Shown here one piece after another: positions 40,961 to 50,531 of a stretch of 64,000 nt of DNA. The stretch lies in assembly GCA_902582875.1 (NCBI GenBank), contig CACHTV010000002.1:12024-76023 (forward strand), in the 5' to 3' direction. Origin of the DNA: an uncultured Pelagibacteraceae bacterium. Its GTDB lineage: Bacteria; Pseudomonadota; Alphaproteobacteria; Pelagibacterales; Pelagibacteraceae. Position 1 is the stretch's first letter; every line of letters begins with the position of its first letter. The notes beneath the pieces were generated by a model. That model saw nothing but the letters and a program-made list of their open reading frames with translations. It did not search any database and had not been told where the DNA came from. The translations under genes were made by a program, and so were the position numbers.

Positions 40961-43015
40961 ATGTCTGAATTTTTGCTTGAACTTTATAGCGAAGAAATAC
41001 CACCCCAACTTCAAATTAATGCCAGAACCCAACTTAAACAACTAATTGAAAAATCTTTTGAAGAAAAAGGAATTCATTATAAAGCATGTTTAGAATACTC
41101 GAGTCCAACTAGACTAAGTATTTATATAAAAGGTTTACCAGAAAAGATTAAAGTTAAAGCTAAAGAAGTTAAAGGACCTAAAGTAGGAGTAACAGAAAAT
41201 ATTCTACAAGGCTTTACTAAGTCTCATAATGTTTCTGAAAACAAGCTATTTAAAAAAGAAATAGATAAAGGTGAATTTTATTTTATAAAAGCTCCAGAAA
41301 AAAATCTTTTAGTAGAAGATTTGTTGATTGATATTTTACCAAAAACTATATCAGCAATTAGTTGGAAAAAATCTATGAAATGGTCGACGAATAGCTTGAT
41401 GTGGGGAAGACCACTTAGATCAATATTTGCTCTATTTAATGGTAAAAGACTGCCCTTTAAGTATCAGCATTTAAATTCCACAGATAATATTATTATTGAG
41501 CAAGACTTACTTACAAGTTCTCAAAAGATCAAAAGTTTTAAAGAATATTTTTTGTTTCTTAAAAAGAATAATATTATTTTAGACCAAAACGAAAGAAAAA
41601 AAATAATATTAAAAAGATTTAATGCAATTTCAAAATCAAAAAATTATAAAGAAAAATATAATCAACATCTTTTGGAGGAAGTTGTTAACATTGTAGAAAA
41701 TCCTAATGTATTATTAATAAATTTTGATAAAGAGTATTTAAAAATTCCTCAAGAAATAATTATTTCTACACTTGAAAAACATCAAAGATACTTTCCTATT
41801 TTTGATAGTCGGGAAAAATTGACAAATTATTTTTTTGTAGTTGCTAACAAAAAAGATGGAAAAAAACTTATCACAGAAGGAAACAAAAGAGTTGTAGATG
41901 CAAGACTTTCAGATGCCAAATTCTTTTGGGAAAAAGATAGATCTAAGAACCTTATAAAACAAATAGCAAATCTTAAAACAATTACTTTCTATGAAAAAAT
42001 TGGAACTATTTATGATAAGACTCAAAGAATCAGAAATTTGGCTGCATTACTCTCAGATGAATTAAATATAAATAAAGAAAAAGTTCAAGTGGCAGCATCT
42101 ATTTCAAAATCGGATTTATGTTCAGATTTAGTGGGAGAGTATCCAGAATTACAAGGAGTGATGGGAAAATATTTTGCACTAGCCCAAGGCTTTGAAGAAG
42201 ATGTTGCTAACTCAATAAGCGAACATTATCTTCCAACAGGTTTAACTTCTGCAATACCAAAGAAGCCTTTTAGCTATTCAATCGCTATTGTAGATAAGAT
42301 AGACAGCTTAGTAGGTTTTTTTCTTATAAACGAAAAACCAACCAGCTCAAAAGATCCTTTTGCACTTAGAAGAGCAGCAATAGGTTTGCTAAGAATTCTT
42401 ATAGAGAACAAACTGTCAATTAGACTGAAAGATCTTATTAACTATGCGATCAGACTTTATGAAGAACAAGGAGTTAAAATTAAAAATGAAAATACTGAAG
42501 TGGAAGTGCTTAATTTTTTAAAAGAGAGAATAAGAAATATATTAAAACTAAAAAATATAAAAATTGATATTATTGAAGCTTCAATCAGCTCTCATACTGG
42601 AGATAATTTTTTAGATCTTTATACAAAAAATCTATTGATGAACAAATATATTAATAAAGATGTAGGAATAAATGCCATAAGTTCATACAAAAGAGCTTCT
42701 AATATTAGTGATAAGGCGGAGAAAGGAATCACCGGTAGGCCAGACGCAGTACTTTTTAGAACTGAAGAAGAAAAAATACTATTTGAGAAGATTAATGAAA
42801 TAAGAAAAGCTTTTACAGTAAAAGAAAGCAATAAAGATTATGAAAACTTATTAATTAGGTTATCAGAAACAAAACAATTTACAGATAATTTTTTTGACAA
42901 TGTGGTTGTAAATGATGAAAATCAAGATATTAAGAACAATAGATTAGAACTATTAAAAATGTTTTGTAACACATTTAATAATTTTATTAATTTTTCGAAA
43001 TTAGAAGGTCTTTAA
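40961..43015 (+). CDS. glyS: Glycine--tRNA ligase beta subunit
   Basis: LLELYSEEIP, RLSDAKFFW, EYPELQGVMG, SKDPFALRRAA, NRLELL. Confidence 0.96.
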   Translation: MSEFLLELYSEEIPPQLQINARTQLKQLIEKSFEEKGIHYKACLEYSSPTRLSIYIKGLPEKIKVKAKEVKGPKVGVTENILQGFTKSHNVSENKLFKKEIDKGEFYFIKAPEKNLLVEDLLIDILPKTISAISWKKSMKWSTNSLMWGRPLRSIFALFNGKRLPFKYQHLNSTDNIIIEQDLLTSSQKIKSFKEYFLFLKKNNIILDQNERKKIILKRFNAISKSKNYKEKYNQHLLEEVVNIVENPNVLLINFDKEYLKIPQEIIISTLEKHQRYFPIFDSREKLTNYFFVVANKKDGKKLITEGNKRVVDARLSDAKFFWEKDRSKNLIKQIANLKTITFYEKIGTIYDKTQRIRNLAALLSDELNINKEKVQVAASISKSDLCSDLVGEYPELQGVMGKYFALAQGFEEDVANSISEHYLPTGLTSAIPKKPFSYSIAIVDKIDSLVGFFLINEKPTSSKDPFALRRAAIGLLRILIENKLSIRLKDLINYAIRLYEEQGVKIKNENTEVEVLNFLKERIRNILKLKNIKIDIIEASISSHTGDNFLDLYTKNLLMNKYINKDVGINAISSYKRASNISDKAEKGITGRPDAVLFRTEEEKILFEKINEIRKAFTVKESNKDYENLLIRLSETKQFTDNFFDNVVVNDENQDIKNNRLELLKMFCNTFNNFINFSKLEGL

Positions 43016-45675
43016 TGGCAAAAGTAATATTTAGTTTTGATGATAAGTCAGCAAAAAAACTGAAAAATAAAAAACATATTTTAGGTGGTAAAGGAGCAAA
43101 CCTTGGTGAGATGGGAAGGTTAGGTTTACCAGTTCCTCCAGGTTTTACTATATCTACTAATGTATGTGATATTTTTTACAAAAATAAAAAAAAATTAACT
43201 AATAAGATAATAAAAAATGTTGAAGAAGAGTTAAAGAAAATTGAAAAAAAAACCAAAAAAAAATTTGGTGATTTAAAAAATCCTTTACTTGTTTCAGTAA
43301 GATCTGGTGCAAGAGTTTCAATGCCGGGGATGATGGATACAATATTAAACCTTGGTCTTAATGATAAAACTGTAGAAGCTCTAAGCAAAAAAACATTAAA
43401 TGGTCGATTTGCCAAAGATAGCTACAGAAGATTTATTCAAATGTATAGCAATGTAGTACTAGGTGTCGAATCTCATTTATTTGAAGAATTAATTGATAAT
43501 TACAAACTTACCAAAGGAGTTTTGTTAGATACTGATCTTGATGAAAGTGATTGGGATGGATTAATTAAAAATTTTAAAGAATTAGTCAAAAAAGAAAAAA
43601 AAATTAACTTTCCTCAAGATGTTAAACAACAACTTTATGGAGCCATTAATGCTGTATTTTTATCTTGGGAAAGTCAAAGAGCTAAGACTTATAGAAAATT
43701 AAATCAGATCCCTGATCATTGGGGAACTGCTGTAAATGTTCAGGCAATGGTTTTTGGAAACATGGGAAAAGATTGTTCAACTGGAGTAGCTTTTACTCGA
43801 AACCCCTCAACAGGAGAAAAATTATTCTTTGGTGAATTTTTAATTAACGCTCAAGGAGAAGATGTAGTTGCTGGAACAAGAACGCCTCAATACATAACAA
43901 AAAAAGCAAAAATAGACTCTGGATCAAATGAACTTTCAATGGAAGAAGTTATGCCTAAAGTTTATCAGCAACTTGCAAAAGTTTTTGTCAAACTAGAAAA
44001 ACATTACCGAGACATGCAAGATATTGAGTTTACTGTTGAAAATAAAAAACTATGGATGCTACAGACTAGATCTGGAAAAAGAACAGCAAAGGCAGCAATT
44101 AAAATTGCTGTAGATATGGTTAAAGAAAAACTTATTTCAAAAAAAGAAGCAATATTAAGAATTGATCCAAATACTCTTGATACCTTATTGCATCCAACTT
44201 TAGATGACAAAGTTAAAAAAGAAATTATTGCATCTGGTTTACCTGCATCACCTGGAGCCGCAAGTGGAAAAGTTGTTTTTACTGCCGATGAAGCTGAAAG
44301 GCTTAATGGAATGATGCAAGATACAATATTGGTCAGATTAGAAACTTCTCCTGAAGATATTCATGGAATGCACGCAGCTAAAGGAATTTTAACAGCGCGA
44401 GGCGGAATGACAAGCCATGCGGCTGTAGTTGCTAGAGGCATGGGAAGGCCTTGCGTATCTGGTTCAAGTGAAATCACAATTGATTATGAAACAAAACAAT
44501 TGAAGGCAGGAAACGAGATTATAAAAGAAGGTGACGTCATAACTATTGATGGAGGAAGTGGAAAAGTTATGAAAGGTTTAGTTCCAACGGTTCAGCCTGA
44601 AATATCAGGATATTTTTCTACAATTATGAAATGGGCTGATGAATTCAGAAAATTAAGAGTTAGAACCAATGCTGAAACAGAAGCTGATAGTAAGACAGCG
44701 AGAGAATTTGGCGCCGAAGGCATAGGTCTTTGTAGAACTGAACATATGTTTTTTGATGAAGAAAGAATTTTATCAGTAAGACAAATGATTTTATCTAGAT
44801 CTATAGAAGATAGAAATCATGCATTATTAAAGCTCTTACCTCATCAAAAAGATGATTTTAAAAAGATATTTAAAGTTATGTCAGGTTTACCAGTAACTGT
44901 AAGGTTGTTAGACCCACCTTTGCATGAATTTTTGCCTAAAGCAGAAAAAGATATAGAAGAAGTTGCTAGATCTTTAAATTTACCATCTAAAGAAATTAAA
45001 GATAGAATTGCTGAGCTTCATGAAGAAAATCCAATGTTAGGGCATAGAGGATGTAGACTAGGAATTTCCTTCCCTGAAATTTACGAGATGCAATGCGAAG
45101 CTATTTTTGAGTCATTAGTTGAGCTAAAGAAAGAAAAAACAAAAACAGCGTTTGTTGAAATAATGATACCTCTAGTATCAACTGAAACAGAATTAAAAAT
45201 CTTAAGAACCTTAGTAAAAAGAATAGCTAAAAAAATTGAATTAAAAAACAAAACTAAATTAGATTATATTGTTGGAACAATGATTGAATTGCCAAGAGCC
45301 GCTTTACAAGCCAAATCAATTTCAAAACATGCAGACTTTTTTAGCTTTGGAACTAATGATTTAACACAAACTACATTAGGTATTAGTCGTGATGACTCAG
45401 GTAAATTTTTAAATGATTATATAGATAATAAAATTTTTGAAATTGATCCCTTTGTAAGCATAGACCAAAGCGGAGTTGGAGAGCTTGTTGAACTAGCTTC
45501 TTCTAGAGGTAGAAAAGCAAATAAAAAACTTAAACTAGGAATTTGTGGTGAACATGGTGGAGATCCAAAAAGCATTGAGTTTTGTTCAAGAACAGGTTTG
45601 AATTATGTTTCTTGTTCTCCTTTTAGAGTTCCAGTTGCAAGGTTAGCTGCAGCTCAAGCAGAATTAAGAAAATAA
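43015..45675 (+). CDS. ppdK: Pyruvate, phosphate dikinase
   Basis: LGGKGANL, SMPGMMDTILNLG, GGMTSHAAVVARG, GTNDLTQ, CGEHGGDP. Confidence 0.98.
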   Translation: MAKVIFSFDDKSAKKLKNKKHILGGKGANLGEMGRLGLPVPPGFTISTNVCDIFYKNKKKLTNKIIKNVEEELKKIEKKTKKKFGDLKNPLLVSVRSGARVSMPGMMDTILNLGLNDKTVEALSKKTLNGRFAKDSYRRFIQMYSNVVLGVESHLFEELIDNYKLTKGVLLDTDLDESDWDGLIKNFKELVKKEKKINFPQDVKQQLYGAINAVFLSWESQRAKTYRKLNQIPDHWGTAVNVQAMVFGNMGKDCSTGVAFTRNPSTGEKLFFGEFLINAQGEDVVAGTRTPQYITKKAKIDSGSNELSMEEVMPKVYQQLAKVFVKLEKHYRDMQDIEFTVENKKLWMLQTRSGKRTAKAAIKIAVDMVKEKLISKKEAILRIDPNTLDTLLHPTLDDKVKKEIIASGLPASPGAASGKVVFTADEAERLNGMMQDTILVRLETSPEDIHGMHAAKGILTARGGMTSHAAVVARGMGRPCVSGSSEITIDYETKQLKAGNEIIKEGDVITIDGGSGKVMKGLVPTVQPEISGYFSTIMKWADEFRKLRVRTNAETEADSKTAREFGAEGIGLCRTEHMFFDEERILSVRQMILSRSIEDRNHALLKLLPHQKDDFKKIFKVMSGLPVTVRLLDPPLHEFLPKAEKDIEEVARSLNLPSKEIKDRIAELHEENPMLGHRGCRLGISFPEIYEMQCEAIFESLVELKKEKTKTAFVEIMIPLVSTETELKILRTLVKRIAKKIELKNKTKLDYIVGTMIELPRAALQAKSISKHADFFSFGTNDLTQTTLGISRDDSGKFLNDYIDNKIFEIDPFVSIDQSGVGELVELASSRGRKANKKLKLGICGEHGGDPKSIEFCSRTGLNYVSCSPFRVPVARLAAAQAELRK

Positions 45676-46497
45676 TTCTAAACTAACATCAAAAGATTTG
45701 GCGCTATGCGTTATAGCTCCTATCGAAATTCTATTAATTCCTGTGTTTGAAATTTTCTTAATATTTTTGAGAGTAGCATTGCCAGAATACTCGGTTTCAT
45801 ATTTATTTTTGCAAATTTTTAAACATTTTTTTAATTGTTTAGGGCTCATATTATCGAATAATATTCTTTTAAATTTTATACCTAAAACTTGATTTAATTG
45901 TTTTAAGTTTTCTATTTCAACAGTAATGATTTTTTTAGTTTTGACAGCTTTTTTGATTAATTTTTTTAAATTATTTTCAGCGTTTATATGATTGTCTTTA
46001 ATTAATATTTCATCACTTAGATTGTAGCGATGATTATATCCTCCACCTTTTTTTACAGCATATTTTTCTAACAATCTTAGATTTGGTGTAGTTTTGCGTG
46101 TACAGCATATTTTAGTTTTTTTATTTACTTTTTTTACAAATTGACTAGTCAGAGTAGCTATACCTGAGGCATGATTTAAAAAATTTAATGCAGTCCTTTC
46201 CGCAATTAAAATTGTTTTTGTTTTAGCTTTTATTTCTGCAATAACTTTGTTTTTTTTAATCTTTTTTCCATCTTTTATTTTTGTCTTAAAACTTGCTTCT
46301 TTGCCGATTAATTTGAAAGCTGCTTTACAAAATTCTAGTCCAGCAATTACTCCATTTTGTTTAGCAATGATTTTTGCTCTTGATTTTTTATTTTTAAAAC
46401 TAATTAAATTAGTTGTGATATCGCCTCTAGGTTTTAAATCTTCATCTAGAGCCTTTTTAACGACAGAATTAATATATTTTTGATTTAATTTTTGCAC
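45664..46497 (-). CDS. nadC: Nicotinate-nucleotide diphosphorylase (start probably GTG 46497; track uses 46512)
   Basis: EDLKPRGDITT, ERTALNFL, TRKTTP, HRYNLSDEILIKDNH, ISIGAITHS. Confidence 0.93.
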   Translation of the reverse strand: MQKLNQKYINSVVKKALDEDLKPRGDITTNLISFKNKKSRAKIIAKQNGVIAGLEFCKAAFKLIGKEASFKTKIKDGKKIKKNKVIAEIKAKTKTILIAERTALNFLNHASGIATLTSQFVKKVNKKTKICCTRKTTPNLRLLEKYAVKKGGGYNHRYNLSDEILIKDNHINAENNLKKLIKKAVKTKKIITVEIENLKQLNQVLGIKFKRILFDNMSPKQLKKCLKICKNKYETEYSGNATLKNIKKISNTGINRISIGAITHSAKSFDVSLELFS

Positions 46498-46501
46498 TGA
46501 T

Positions 46502-47491
46502 CTAACGACCAATTTCAGTCATTCTAATTACAGATTTTCGAGCAGCTTTGATAGTTTTGTCGTCTAATAGTATTTCGTTCGTTTCATTCTCTAAACAGTC
46601 TAAAATTTTCTCTAAGTCTATTTTTTTCATGTAAGGACATAAATTACAAGGTTTGATAAATGATACGTTTGGATTATCTGCTTCAACGTTATCACTCATT
46701 GAACATTCAGTAACTAGCATAACTTTTTTAGGTTGATTATCTTTTACGTATTTTACCATACCAGAAGTAGATCCTGCAAAATCTGAGGCTTTAATTACAT
46801 CTGGCGGACATTCAGGATGTGCAATAATTTTAATACCTGGGTTTTGAGATTTAATGTCTTCAATTTCTTTTCCTGTAAATTGTTCGTGAACTATACAAGT
46901 TCCTTTCCATGAAATGATTTTAACTTTAGTATTTTTAGAGACATAATCTGCAAGATATTGATCAGGAAGAAAAATTACTTTATCAACATCAAGTGACTCA
47001 ACAACTTTTACAGCATTAGCAGACGTACAACACACATCTGTTTCGGCTTTAACATCGGCTGATGTGTTTACATATGATACAACTGGAACACCTGGGTATT
47101 TTTCTTTTAATAATCTTACATCTTTACCAGTAATTGAACTTGCTAAAGAACAACCGGCTTGCATATCTGGCAAATAAACTTTTTTAGTTGGGCTCATTAA
47201 TTTTGCTGTTTCAGCCATAAAATGAACTCCACAGAGAATAATTTTATCAGCAGATGTTTTAGAAGCTTCAACTGCTAGAGCTAGAGAGTCAGCAGCGATA
47301 TCTGCTACTCCATGATAAATTTCAGGTGTTTGATAATTATGGGCAAGAATAATTGCATTTTTTTCTTTTTTTAATTTATTAATTTTTTCAATCAATGGAG
47401 CGTGAATTTTCCATTCAGCATCAGGAATAAATTTAGAGATTTTTTTATAAATCTCTCTTGAACTTGGCATACTTTGTTGTTGCACAGACAT
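46502..47491 (-). CDS. nadA: Quinolinate synthase
   Basis: ILAHNYQ, CGVHFMAET, GCSLA, YVNTSA, CIVH, HPEC, CPYMK. Confidence 0.96.
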   Translation of the reverse strand: MSVQQQSMPSSREIYKKISKFIPDAEWKIHAPLIEKINKLKKEKNAIILAHNYQTPEIYHGVADIAADSLALAVEASKTSADKIILCGVHFMAETAKLMSPTKKVYLPDMQAGCSLASSITGKDVRLLKEKYPGVPVVSYVNTSADVKAETDVCCTSANAVKVVESLDVDKVIFLPDQYLADYVSKNTKVKIISWKGTCIVHEQFTGKEIEDIKSQNPGIKIIAHPECPPDVIKASDFAGSTSGMVKYVKDNQPKKVMLVTECSMSDNVEADNPNVSFIKPCNLCPYMKKIDLEKILDCLENETNEILLDDKTIKAARKSVIRMTEIGR

Positions 47492-47552
47492 ACTTATTCT
47501 AATCTATCAACTTGAACTAAAATTGTCATTCATTTATTGTCGCATAATATAT

Positions 47553-47636
47553 GCGGTCGTGCTGAAATTGGTAGACAGGCACGCTTGAGGGGCGTGTGGG
47601 CTTCCCGTGAGAGTTCGAGTCTCTCCGACCGCACCA
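47553..47636 (+). tRNA. tRNA-Leu (anticodon GAG)
   Basis: GCGGTCGTGCTGAAATTGGTAGACAGGCACGCTTGAGGGGCGTGTGGGCTTCCCGTGAGAGTTCGAGTCTCTCCGACCGCACCA; long variable arm, encoded CCA. Confidence 0.96.
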
Positions 47637-47723
47637 AAAAATATGCAGTATTTCTTTGCTCCAATACTTTTTTTGATTATATTCATTCTTATCTTGATGT
47701 TGGCCTGAGTTGACCGCACCAAA
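47627..47723 (+). repeat. 12-bp direct repeat GACCGCACCAAA (tRNA-Leu 3' end; att-like) at 47627-47638 and 47712-47723
   Basis: Exact GC-rich 12-mer repeated at 85-bp spacing in an AT-rich background. Confidence 0.85.
47643..47708 (+). CDS. Putative 21-aa hydrophobic micropeptide MQYFFAPILFLIIFILILMLA
   Basis: ATG..TGA fills almost the whole interval between the two repeats; no SD, and T-rich DNA can give such ORFs by chance. Confidence 0.4.
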   Translation: MQYFFAPILFLIIFILILMLA

Positions 47724-47739
47724 TAAAAAAGGAGAAAAT

Positions 47740-47856
47740 ATGGAATTTTTCCATAAGCATAAAAAGATAATATTAATTGTTTTAATAGTTTTATTTATTG
47801 AATTAAGTGGTTACGGAATTCTTGCTTCTTTATCTAGACTTTTAAATGTTTTATAA
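47740..47856 (+). CDS. Putative 38-aa small membrane protein MEFFHKHKKIILIVLIVLFIELSGYGILASLSRLLNVL
   Basis: AAGGAG SD 5 nt before ATG; basic N-terminus then hydrophobic segment; stop abuts the convergent gene stop at 47860. Confidence 0.65.
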   Translation: MEFFHKHKKIILIVLIVLFIELSGYGILASLSRLLNVL

Positions 47857-47859
47857 ATT

Positions 47860-48303
47860 TTAATGACAGGCTTCGTTAAATTTTTTTAATCTCCAATAAT
47901 TATAAGGCCATGGGGTTAAGAAACCGGCTGTTAACATAAAAGGTATTACCCACCAAGTTAATTTTGCATCACCTACTAAAAGATAATCCACCAAATTCAT
48001 TGCAATTTCCATGCTTATCATTGAAATGAAACTCATTCCTAAAGCTGTTTTTAAAGCTTCTGAAAATTTAAATTTTTGTCTCATCATAATAATTGTTTCA
48101 AGAATAATACTAGTAATTAATCCATTGATTATTGCCAGAATCATTATTCCCATTACAGCAAAAGGTATTTTAGTTAACTGAAAAAATAAAATAGTTCCGA
48201 AGTCTCCTATAGAACAACCTAATAAGCACCATAGAGTATTCTTTGCGCTTAGACTCCAAGTCTGTTTACAAGACCAATTAAAATTTTCATTGGTGTTTTT
48301 CAA
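47860..48303 (-). CDS. DUF4396-like membrane protein
   Basis: TLWCLLGCSIGDFG, SFISMISMEIAMN, AGFLTPWPYNYW, C-terminal CH. Confidence 0.75.
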   Translation of the reverse strand: MKNTNENFNWSCKQTWSLSAKNTLWCLLGCSIGDFGTILFFQLTKIPFAVMGIMILAIINGLITSIILETIIMMRQKFKFSEALKTALGMSFISMISMEIAMNLVDYLLVGDAKLTWWVIPFMLTAGFLTPWPYNYWRLKKFNEACH

Positions 48304-49175
48304 GATATTATCTCGACATTATTACTATTAATTTTTAATTTTTTATCTTTAAACAATGAAAACTCTGGATCAAATAACTTAATAATTGCAAAGGGATAAG
48401 GTTTATCAATTAAGATTCTTCCTATTACACTATCATTGTATTTAATTTCATCCCCAATTTTTACATTTGCATCTGTTTTAATAGACATTAATTGTCTTCT
48501 GATTTTATTTTTTAATTTCATTCTAGCGGTATTTTCTTGCCCAACATAACAACCTTTTTTAAAATCAATTGCATTTAATTTTTCAAAATTTATTTCAAGT
48601 CCAAATAATTGATTTTGCAAATTATTTAAACCCTCAATTGGAATTCCTTTAAGGAAACCCTTTTCAAGATAAGATTTATTTTCAACGATTTTTAAATTTA
48701 GCTTTTTTATAGTTAAATAAAGTTTTTCTAAAGGAGATATTATTCTTGCTCCTAGATCATTATCTCTTGGATCAACAAAAACTGGGCTTTCTCTATAACG
48801 AAGAGTTGACTCTTCTATATTTAGCTCTTTTTGTAATGACTTAAAATTTTCGAAATTCACTATTCCGACAACATAGTTAGCAGTTAAATCTTTTATTTCT
48901 ACTTTTGATCTAAGTTTATATTTTGACAAATTATTAATAAGTTCTTTTGAAGAGCTGCCTTCGCAATCTAATAAATAACCTTCTTGATCTTTAATTACAA
49001 AAAAATCAAAAAGATATTTTCCTTGAGGACTTAATAAAGCCGCGAATATAGAATTAGAATTAGATACTTTATGTATGTCGTTAGTGATTATATTCTGAAG
49101 ATAATCCTTCGCATCCTCTCCAGTAACAGATATTAATCCTCTATTTTCTAAAATAATAATCTGGTCTTTTTCCAT
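48300..49175 (-). CDS. ygfZ: Folate-binding Fe-S repair protein YgfZ/Iba57
   Basis: GEDAKDYLQNIITND, LLSPQGK, KGCYVGQE signature. Confidence 0.93.
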   Translation of the reverse strand: MEKDQIIILENRGLISVTGEDAKDYLQNIITNDIHKVSNSNSIFAALLSPQGKYLFDFFVIKDQEGYLLDCEGSSSKELINNLSKYKLRSKVEIKDLTANYVVGIVNFENFKSLQKELNIEESTLRYRESPVFVDPRDNDLGARIISPLEKLYLTIKKLNLKIVENKSYLEKGFLKGIPIEGLNNLQNQLFGLEINFEKLNAIDFKKGCYVGQENTARMKLKNKIRRQLMSIKTDANVKIGDEIKYNDSVIGRILIDKPYPFAIIKLFDPEFSLFKDKKLKINSNNVEIIS

Positions 49176-49211
49176 ATTAATAGAGTATATAGTATAATAA
49201 TTATTTAAAAT

Positions 49212-50531
49212 ATGTCTGATAATTATAGTCTCATCATTAAAAATGGATCTTGCTATATTGACGGTAAGTTAACCAAGGTAGATTTAGGCCTATCCGGCAA
49301 TAAGATTAAAAAAATAGGTAAAATAGAATTAAATAGCTCAAAAGTTTTTGACGCTTCTAATAAAGTAGTTCTTCCTGGAATAATTGATACTCAAGTTCAT
49401 TTTAGAGAGCCAGGATCTACAAATGCTGAAGATCTAGAGAGCGGAAGTAGAGCTGCTGTATTAGGAGGTGTTACCTCTCTATTTGAAATGCCAAATACCA
49501 ATCCTCCTACTTCTAATTTAGTGGAATTTGAAAAAAAACTTCAATTAGCAAAAAATAGAATGCATAGTAATTATGCTTTTTATTTTGGAGCTACTCCGGA
49601 AAATACAGAACAATTATCTCAACTTAAAAATTTAAAAGGCTGTTGTGGAGTTAAACTTTTTGCAGGTTCTTCCACAGGTAATTTATTAGTTGATAAAGAA
49701 AAAGATATAGAAAAAGTTATTTCTAATAGTGATAGAGTGGTTTCAATTCACTCAGAGGATGAAGAAATATTAAAATTAAGGAAAAAGTTTATTAAAAAAG
49801 GGGATGTTCATTCACATCCAGAATGGAGAAACACCGAGTCCGCAATGTCATCTACTCGTAGAGTCGTAAAAATTGCTGAGCGCTATAATAAAAAGATTCA
49901 TGTTTTACATGTCACGACAAAAGAAGAAGTGGATTTTTTAGCAATGCACAAAAAAAACGTAACTTTTGAAACCACACCTCAACACCTAACTTTATATGCG
50001 CCAGATTGTTACGATAAATTAGGTACGTATGCTCAAATGAATCCTCCTTTAAGAACAAAAGATCACTATGATAGATTATGGACAGCAATTAAAAATAATA
50101 TTGTGGACGTGCTAGGCTCAGATCATGCGCCTCATACAAAAGAAAATAAGCAAAAAGAATATCCAAATTCACCTTCAGGAATGCCAGGGGTTCAAACCAT
50201 TTTTCCAGTGATGTTAGATCATGTAAATAATAATAAGCTTTCTTTAGAACAGTTAATAAAATTAATGTGTGAAAATCCTTGTAGAATATTTGGAATTAAA
50301 GATAAGGGTTTTATTAAAGAGGAGTTTGATGCTGATTTTACAATAGTAGATATGCAAAAAGAACAAACTATTAAAGATGAAATGATCGCAAGTAAATGTG
50401 GATGGACACCATTTAATAATTATAAAGTTAAAGGATTTCCTATAGCGACAATTATTAACGGTTCAATTGTGATGGATAATGGTAAGATAGTTTCTAATCA
50501 AGTTGGCAAACCGCTTGATTTTAAACTATGA
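49212..50531 (+). CDS. pyrC: Dihydroorotase
   Basis: PGIIDTQVHFREPG, EMPNTNP, HSED, MNPPLR, GSDHAPH. Confidence 0.9.
   Translation: MSDNYSLIIKNGSCYIDGKLTKVDLGLSGNKIKKIGKIELNSSKVFDASNKVVLPGIIDTQVHFREPGSTNAEDLESGSRAAVLGGVTSLFEMPNTNPPTSNLVEFEKKLQLAKNRMHSNYAFYFGATPENTEQLSQLKNLKGCCGVKLFAGSSTGNLLVDKEKDIEKVISNSDRVVSIHSEDEEILKLRKKFIKKGDVHSHPEWRNTESAMSSTRRVVKIAERYNKKIHVLHVTTKEEVDFLAMHKKNVTFETTPQHLTLYAPDCYDKLGTYAQMNPPLRTKDHYDRLWTAIKNNIVDVLGSDHAPHTKENKQKEYPNSPSGMPGVQTIFPVMLDHVNNNKLSLEQLIKLMCENPCRIFGIKDKGFIKEEFDADFTIVDMQKEQTIKDEMIASKCGWTPFNNYKVKGFPIATIINGSIVMDNGKIVSNQVGKPLDFKL

Noticed and set aside
47537-47564. TTGTCGCATAATATAT resembling the XerC arm of a dif site
   Set aside because: No XerD arm (TTATGTTAAA) follows; better explained as the tRNA-Leu promoter region
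47534-47722. 62-aa minus-strand ORF
   Set aside because: It is antisense to tRNA-Leu; a shadow ORF
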